Of a stretch of 64,000 nt of DNA, positions 58,396-64,000 are shown one piece after another. The notes below the pieces were generated by a model. That model saw only the letters and a list, made by a program, of their open reading frames with translations. It ran no database searches and was not told the DNA's origin. This DNA comes from Deltaproteobacteria bacterium (GTDB taxonomy: Bacteria; Desulfobacterota; BSN033; UBA1163). The stretch's first letter is position 1; each line of letters opens with the position of its first letter. Location of the stretch: the NCBI GenBank assembly GCA_018333535.1, contig JAGXTA010000003.1:19989-83988 (forward strand), written 5' to 3'. The translations under genes were made by a program, and so were the position numbers.

Positions 58396-58549
58396 ATGGA
58401 CGCCTTAGCAAAACAGTTGGATGCCAAACTGCGTAAGTGGCAGCCTGAGAAGGCGGACCAGGTGCGGTGACGTTTGGATATGATCGATGCACCCACAACC
58501 CGGTGAAGTCTGGCTTGTTGATCTAGGATTAGCAGCAAAGACACGGCCG
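58396..58549 (+). pseudogene. Deleted antitoxin/MazF-PemK remnant
   Basis: A 24-aa fragment MDALAKQLDAKLRKWQPEKADQVR*, then only the MazF N-terminus MHPQPGEVWLVDLGLAAKTRP. Confidence 0.6.
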
Positions 58550-58591
58550 ATGGATGCAATGTCATTCCAAATCATTCATGAGGAGGAATAT

Positions 58592-58828
58592 ATGACAGTT
58601 AAGCAACAATTGATAAGAGAGATAGAAGACTTACCACTTGATGCGCAGGAAAAAGTACTCAAGTTAATCCATTTTGTTAAGGAAGAAATATTTGTCTTGC
58701 GCGAGAAAATGTCCACGGAAAAGAAGATGAATGCTCTTACAGATGTGGACAAAATAGCGATCGAAACCGGGATTCAAGATCTGGCAGAGCATCATGATCA
58801 TTACCTATACGGTGTTTCGAAGAGATGA
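58592..58828 (+). CDS. Putative antitoxin (DUF2281-like)
   Basis: RBS gaggagg; REIEDLP..QEKVL and DLAEHHDHYLYG motifs; overlaps the PIN gene. Confidence 0.7.
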   Translation: MTVKQQLIREIEDLPLDAQEKVLKLIHFVKEEIFVLREKMSTEKKMNALTDVDKIAIETGIQDLAEHHDHYLYGVSKR

Positions 58829-59100
58829 AGCGTAAGGTATTTGTAGATACCAGTGCATGGTTGGCTCTCGTCAATAAATCAGATGCTGCCCACCAGAAGG
58901 CAAAGAAGGTACGCGATGCCCTTTTAAAAGATCACATCCAATTCGTAGTTACCAATTATGTGATGGTTGAGATAGCAAATGCACTATGCAGAATTCCTCA
59001 CAGAGAAACAGCAGTGAAGCTTATAAATTTTATAGAAATGACCGAAAATATTCAGATCGTGGAAATTGACAAGGCAATTTATAAAGAGGCCTATTTCTAA
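58825..59100 (+). pseudogene. C-terminally truncated VapC PIN toxin
   Basis: VFVDTSAW and TNYVMVE are present, but it is only 91 aa and is cut off where the duplicated segment begins. Confidence 0.75.
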
Positions 59101-59304
59101 AGAACTTATGGAATTCATACGCAGAGAGCAAATGCAACGATTAAAGAATATTTTTAGGAAATTATAGTAGCAGCCCATACCGTATAATTAAGAACATGTA
59201 AAATGTAGCCGTATCTTTTATGTTATCTACACCCTACACCCTTTAACCAACCCCCTTTTTAATAACATGTAACTCGCAACCCGTAACGTCTTTATCTCTT
59301 TAAC
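59085..59304 (+). repeat. 220-bp direct repeat, copy 2
   Basis: Offset 1055 from copy 1. A C-to-T difference at 59098 creates the PIN stop codon. Confidence 0.9.
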
Positions 59305-59530
59305 ACATAACTCGCAACTTTCGCAGCTTTCCTTGAACCTTTTTCCTTGCACCTTTAACCTTATCCCCTACACCCAATACGCTACACCCTATATGTTTAA
59401 ACCCGTAACTCGTAACATCCTTAAAATATTCCAGGTTTCAGGTTCCAGGTTTCAGGTTCTGTAACGTAATATTTTTTAACTTGTAACTTGTAACGGGTTT
59501 TTATTATTAACTTGCAACATTCTCTCTAAC
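59305..59530. repeat. Heptamer arrays upstream of the four-helix-bundle gene
   Basis: aactcgc, ccctaca, aacccgt, (caggttt/caggttc)4 and aacttgt units. Confidence 0.75.
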
Positions 59531-59532
59531 CC

Positions 59533-59913
59533 ATGAAATCCTACCGCGACTTAGAAATTTACAAAATATCTTATGATTTGGCCGTCAAGATCCACAATGC
59601 CTCATTAAAGCTTCCTCAGTATGAACTGTACGAAGAAGGTAGTCAAATGAGACGATCTTCAAAAGGGGTTCCTGGATGCATTGCTGAGGGATACGGTAGA
59701 AGGCGGTATAAAGCTGAATTCGTTAGATATCTCATTTTCGCTCATGCCTCCTGTGATGAAACCATTTTTCATTTAAATATGGTGAAGGATACACATCAGG
59801 ATATGGCCAGCCTTTTCGAACCCTTCATCAAACCCTACGAAAACTTGAGCCCTAAGATTCACAAATTCATTGAATATGTAGATAAGCATTGGAACAAAGA
59901 TTTTAGAATTTGA
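59533..59913 (+). CDS. Four helix bundle protein (23S rRNA IVS / TIGR02436-like)
   Basis: SYRDLEIYK, LP.YELYE.GSQMRRSS..V...IAEGYGRR and A.ASCDET motifs. Confidence 0.9.
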   Translation: MKSYRDLEIYKISYDLAVKIHNASLKLPQYELYEEGSQMRRSSKGVPGCIAEGYGRRRYKAEFVRYLIFAHASCDETIFHLNMVKDTHQDMASLFEPFIKPYENLSPKIHKFIEYVDKHWNKDFRI

Positions 59914-60067
59914 ACTTGTAACTTGTAACTTGTAACCTGTTTTTTCTGTAATCTGTTTTTCTTCAAACTTGCAACTTGTAACTTGAAACCTGTAATAGTT
60001 TTTTAACCTGCAACGTGTAACCCGTAACTCGCAACGGTTTTTTAACACATAACCTGTAACTTGTAAC
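59912..60067 (+). repeat. Dense AAC(T/C)(T/C)GT heptamer array downstream of the four-helix-bundle gene
   Basis: aacttgt x3, then aacttgc/aacttgt/aacttga/aacctgt, then aacctgc/aacgtgt/aacccgt/aactcgc, separated by T-tracts. Confidence 0.85.
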
Positions 60068-60088
60068 GTTTGAGCGGTGATCTGAACG

Positions 60089-61261
60089 TTGTCATTAGCT
60101 GATTTCAAACCCCTCCTCGAACAAAGCATCCGTAAGCTTGAGAGATGGATCGAAGATCATAACTACAAAGGTTACGATCCCGCCGACGGTCTGACCTCAT
60201 ACCTGAGGCCCTTGACCTTCGGCAATTTGTTCCTCGACCGACTGCTCATGCAACTCATTTGGAGAAGCCCCATCAACCTCCGGCCTCTTTTAGGCGTGAA
60301 GCCCTTAGACTCAAACATCGGCCGCGGCTACATGGCGTGGGGCTACCTCACCATGTTCAAAATGAACGGCAATGAAGCTTATAAGGATAAGGCGGCTTCA
60401 TGCCTTGAATGGCTGAAGAATAATAAGGCGCCGGGGTTTGAGCATTACAGTTGGGGGAAAATGTTTGATTTCGCCAGCCGTGGCGGTCGTCAGGGGAAAT
60501 ATAAACCCATCACTGTCTGGACAAGCCTTATCGGGCAAGCTTTTCTTGATGCCCATGAAGTCATTGGTGACGCAGAATATTTGGATATAGCCTCCGACAT
60601 ATGCGAATGGATCCTCGAACTCCCCAGAAACCATACAGGTTCAGGCTTGTGCTTAAATTATACGGCTTTTTGGGATGGGGACTGCACCATTCACAACCAG
60701 AGCATGCTGGCCGCGGCAATGTTGGCAAGGACAGCAAAATATAGTGGCAATTCAGACTACTTAAAAGTCGCTAAAGAGGCCATTACTTACACGTGTACGC
60801 GACAGCTTCCCGATGGTTCCTGGTATTATGGTGAGGACTCCACATACCACTGGATTGATAACTTCCACACAGGGTATAATCTCGATGCTCTTAAGTGCTA
60901 TATCGAAAACACAAATGATAAAACGTATGAAAATAACTTAAAGCAGGGCTTTGACTTCTTTAAAAACAATTTCTTTGAATCAACAGGAAGACCCAAATAC
61001 TATCATAACAGGACATATCCCATAGACAGTCAGTGTTGTTCCCAGGCAATTGAAACATTGGCTAATTTTTCCGACTACGATCAATCATCTCTGGAACTGG
61101 GAATGCGCGTAGCAAGGTGGACGATTGAAAATATGCAAGACCGAACCGGCTATTTCTATTTCATGCGGTATCCGCTTATGACCCTGAAAGTGCCCATGAT
61201 TCACTGGGCGCAAGCCACTACATATAAAGCTTTGACGGCACTCCTCTTGAAATTGAACTGA
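60089..61261 (+). CDS. EPS-locus (alpha/alpha)6-barrel-like hypothetical protein
   Basis: GYDP.DG, QLPDGSWYY, WIDNFHTG.NL and MQD.TGYF motifs; TTG start uncertain. Confidence 0.65.
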   Translation: MSLADFKPLLEQSIRKLERWIEDHNYKGYDPADGLTSYLRPLTFGNLFLDRLLMQLIWRSPINLRPLLGVKPLDSNIGRGYMAWGYLTMFKMNGNEAYKDKAASCLEWLKNNKAPGFEHYSWGKMFDFASRGGRQGKYKPITVWTSLIGQAFLDAHEVIGDAEYLDIASDICEWILELPRNHTGSGLCLNYTAFWDGDCTIHNQSMLAAAMLARTAKYSGNSDYLKVAKEAITYTCTRQLPDGSWYYGEDSTYHWIDNFHTGYNLDALKCYIENTNDKTYENNLKQGFDFFKNNFFESTGRPKYYHNRTYPIDSQCCSQAIETLANFSDYDQSSLELGMRVARWTIENMQDRTGYFYFMRYPLMTLKVPMIHWAQATTYKALTALLLKLN

Positions 61262-61286
61262 GAATAAAATCCAAAAGGTAATTGCC

Positions 61287-62195
61287 ATGACGGTAGTGGA
61301 CGATAAGGAAATCATTGTAAAAGGCAGACTCATCAGAACCGCCGAGTTGAAAGAAGAATGGGATGAAGATATCGAAGATCCAGAAACATTTATTAAAAAG
61401 CTAAAAAGCAGCGGCATCAAAGCGGATATATTTACCTTTATGCAGAGATTGCCCGAATCCAAACCGAAATACAACTACCACATGGAATGGGATAGCATCG
61501 CCGCCATTCCAATCACAAGTTATGAAAATTGGATAAAAAAACAAATCGTTCAAAACTCAAGGAAAAAAATAGGCTTAGCCCAAAGAAAAGGGGTCGTAAT
61601 CAAACTGATTGATTTTGATGATGAGCTCGTAAAAGGTATTTTGGACATTTATCATGAAACGCCGATCATGCAAGGCAAGCCCAATAGGCAGTATAATACA
61701 GTCTTTGAGACCGCAAAAAGATTGAATGCCACTTTTTTAGATAGAGCTCAGTTCATAGGCGCTTTCTACAACGATGAACTCATTGCATATATAAAATTGG
61801 TCTCAGCGGGAAGAATTATGAGAACCATGGGTATTCTTGCAAAAGTAGCTCATCGAGACAAGGGCCCAATGAATCTTCTGATCGCAAAAGCCGTGGAAAT
61901 TTGTGTCGAGAAAAAGATGCCCTATCTTATATACGCTAAGTTCAATTATGGAAAGCGTGGAAGCCAAACATTGAAAGATTTTAAAAGAAATCTCGGATTT
62001 GAAAGCATAATTTTACCGAGATATTACATCCCTCTAAATGCCCGGGGGAAAATAATTTTAAAACTGAAGTTACATCGTGAAATTGCCGAGTATTTTCCAA
62101 CAAAAATAATAAGAATTGCAATACAGTTGAGAAGTTACTGGTATTCAAAGAAGTTTGCTGCACAATTGCGAACAAGCAATTATGCACCCGAATGA
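61287..62195 (+). CDS. GNAT/FemAB-like hypothetical protein
   Basis: RKKI..A..KGV, FIGAF, P.NLLIAKAVE and L.DFKR motifs. Confidence 0.65.
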   Translation: MTVVDDKEIIVKGRLIRTAELKEEWDEDIEDPETFIKKLKSSGIKADIFTFMQRLPESKPKYNYHMEWDSIAAIPITSYENWIKKQIVQNSRKKIGLAQRKGVVIKLIDFDDELVKGILDIYHETPIMQGKPNRQYNTVFETAKRLNATFLDRAQFIGAFYNDELIAYIKLVSAGRIMRTMGILAKVAHRDKGPMNLLIAKAVEICVEKKMPYLIYAKFNYGKRGSQTLKDFKRNLGFESIILPRYYIPLNARGKIILKLKLHREIAEYFPTKIIRIAIQLRSYWYSKKFAAQLRTSNYAPE

Positions 62196-62226
62196 CAATA
62201 CCAAGAAATAAACAACAGAGATTCTA

Positions 62227-64000
62227 ATGCCGGGAATTACCGGAATCATAAGTAAAACACCGAAAGAGAAAAGCGAAAAAGATCTGCAGCTTATGGTCGG
62301 TTCCATGCTGCATGAATCCTTCTATACCTCTGGCACATATATTAACTCTCAGATAGGCATTTATGCAGGCTGGGTTTGCCACGAAGGTTCATTTTCAGAT
62401 TGCATGCCTGTCTGGAATGAGAAGAAAAATGCGGTCTTGATATTTTTTGGTGAAAATTTTACAGATCTTGAATTATTTGACCAACTTAAAGCAAAGCATC
62501 ACAAATTTGATAATTCCAATGCCAGCTATTTGATACACCTCTACGAAGAAAAGGGCATCGATTTTCTTAAAGAACTGAACGGTTGGTTCAGCGGTATATT
62601 GGTGGATATTCAGGCGGGGAAAATCTTTTTGTTCAATGACCGATACGGGATGCAGAGAATCTTCTATTACGAGGGTAAGGATGCATTCTACTTTTCATCT
62701 GAAGCAAAGGCCTTGCTTAAAATTTGCCCGGAGTTGCGAGAAATCGACATGAAAGGGTTGGGCGAATTTCTCAGTTGCAACTGCGTTTTAGAGTATCGGA
62801 CATTGTTTAAAAATGTATTCCTTCTGCCAGGCGCCGCAGCCTGGATCTTTCAGCAGGATGGCAACCTGACCAAAAACTGCTACTTCAAGCCTGACATTTG
62901 GGAAAATCAACCCTGGCTTGAAAAAGAGTATTTTTATGAAAAATTGAAAGATACCTTTGCAAAAGTTCTTCCCCGTTATTTTCGCACTAATCAAAAAATA
63001 GGCATATCATTAACAGGCGGTTTGGATACCCGCGTCATTATGGCAAATGTTGACATGCCGGCCGGAAAATATCCTTGTTACACATTCGGCGGTATGTATC
63101 GCGACTGCTATGATGTCAAGATTGCCCGAAAAGTTACTGAAACATGTTATCAATCACACCAGACTTTGTATCTTGATAGAAAATTCCTGTCTGATTTTTC
63201 GAAATACGCCGAGAAAACCGTATATATTAGTGATGGATACTTCGATGTTTCCGGATCCTATGAGGTTTACCTTAATAGTTTGGCGAGAGAAATTGCCCCG
63301 ATCCGAATGACCGGTAATTACGGCGGCGAGATATTGCGGGGTATTGAAGGGATGTTGAAATCGGCGCTTCCAGGTGAAAAGCTTTATAATTCTGATATTA
63401 ACATTCATGTCAAGGATGCTGCTAACACGGTTTCCGGCCTTTATAAATCTTCAAGTCATCCTATGTCTTTCAACCTTTTTAAGGAAATACCATGGTTCAG
63501 AAATAACGGTTTCTTTTGTGAGCAGTCTCAGGTGACACTTCGTACTCCTTATATGGATATTGACCTTGTAGCGTTAATGTATAGAGCGCCCATGAACGTC
63601 AGAAATAATATGGAACTAACATTGCGGCTCATCGCTGATGGCAACCCGACATTAGGTGCCATGCCTTCAGATCGAGGCTTTGGAGGAGACAAAAAGTTCC
63701 CCTTATCGACTTTGATCGAGCAATATTACGAATTTTTATCCAAAGCAGAGTATGCGTATAACTATGGAATGCCCCAATGGTTGGCAAAAATTGATTATAT
63801 ATTTATGTTTATGCACTTCGAGAAGTTGTTTCTTGGCCGTCACAAATTTGCCCATTTCCGGTTATGGTATCGAGATGAATTGGCCGATTACATTAAAAGT
63901 ATCTTGTTGGATGAAAAATCATTAGGGCGGCCGTATTTAAACAGTAAAACGGTGGAAAAAATGGTGCAGGGCCATACAAAGGGTAACCGTAATTATACGA
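62227..64000 (+). CDS. Asparagine-synthetase-like amidotransferase, 3'-truncated by the window edge
   Basis: MPGITGII, FNDRYG, FSSEAKALL, SLTGGLDTR and RTPYMD motifs. Missing from the ORF track, presumably because it has no stop within the window. Confidence 0.85.
   Translation, partial: MPGITGIISKTPKEKSEKDLQLMVGSMLHESFYTSGTYINSQIGIYAGWVCHEGSFSDCMPVWNEKKNAVLIFFGENFTDLELFDQLKAKHHKFDNSNASYLIHLYEEKGIDFLKELNGWFSGILVDIQAGKIFLFNDRYGMQRIFYYEGKDAFYFSSEAKALLKICPELREIDMKGLGEFLSCNCVLEYRTLFKNVFLLPGAAAWIFQQDGNLTKNCYFKPDIWENQPWLEKEYFYEKLKDTFAKVLPRYFRTNQKIGISLTGGLDTRVIMANVDMPAGKYPCYTFGGMYRDCYDVKIARKVTETCYQSHQTLYLDRKFLSDFSKYAEKTVYISDGYFDVSGSYEVYLNSLAREIAPIRMTGNYGGEILRGIEGMLKSALPGEKLYNSDINIHVKDAANTVSGLYKSSSHPMSFNLFKEIPWFRNNGFFCEQSQVTLRTPYMDIDLVALMYRAPMNVRNNMELTLRLIADGNPTLGAMPSDRGFGGDKKFPLSTLIEQYYEFLSKAEYAYNYGMPQWLAKIDYIFMFMHFEKLFLGRHKFAHFRLWYRDELADYIKSILLDEKSLGRPYLNSKTVEKMVQGHTKGNRNYT

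Noticed and set aside
58487-58828. 113-aa MazF-antitoxin fusion protein
   Set aside because: Only 21 MazF-like codons are present, and the antitoxin has its own strong RBS at 58592, so this is a deletion scar.
59226-60067. CRISPR array or diversity-generating retroelement
   Set aside because: The units are 7 nt with no spacers or cas genes. There is no reverse transcriptase, and the nearby duplication does not show adenine-specific TR/VR divergence.
62788-63408. Short ORFs listed near the window end
   Set aside because: They lie inside the AsnB-like frame that starts at 62227 and runs off the window.

Overview
Bacterial chromosomal window with a deltaproteobacterial (Desulfobacterota-like) gene set and order; the taxonomy is inferred, not searched. 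(1) 1-9.9 kb, accessory region: FwdC-like GXGXG protein and VWA protein, DUF4124 protein, three stand-alone PilZ proteins around a degenerate endonuclease III-like Fe-S protein, a non-autonomous IS200/IS605-like element, two sRNA candidates, HNH, HIT and LapA genes. (2) 10-27.8 kb, housekeeping block: rimP-nusA-ylxR-infB-DUF503-rbfA-truB-rpsO-pnp-M16 peptidase-dut, xerD, DHH/CBS tRNA nucleotidyltransferase, scpA, sppA, uracil-DNA glycosylase. (3) 27.9-35 kb, signalling cluster: hybrid kinase, three sigma54 activators (one with a broken Walker B) and two atypical receivers. (4) 35-64 kb, PEP-CTERM-type exopolysaccharide locus with a NusG/RfaH paralog. It contains an unusual BcsS / PilZ-less cellulose-synthase-like GT2 fused to a SPOR domain / GH26 / PEP-CTERM module, and a priming glycosyltransferase with a degenerate GGDEF domain. 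Many gene junctions carry degenerate 7-8-nt tandem arrays, often as inverted arms. These arrays enclose toxin-antitoxin cassettes and a four-helix-bundle gene and also lie in-frame inside a DegT gene. I saw no rRNA, tRNA or CRISPR array. All calls come from reading motifs by eye; no database searches were run.
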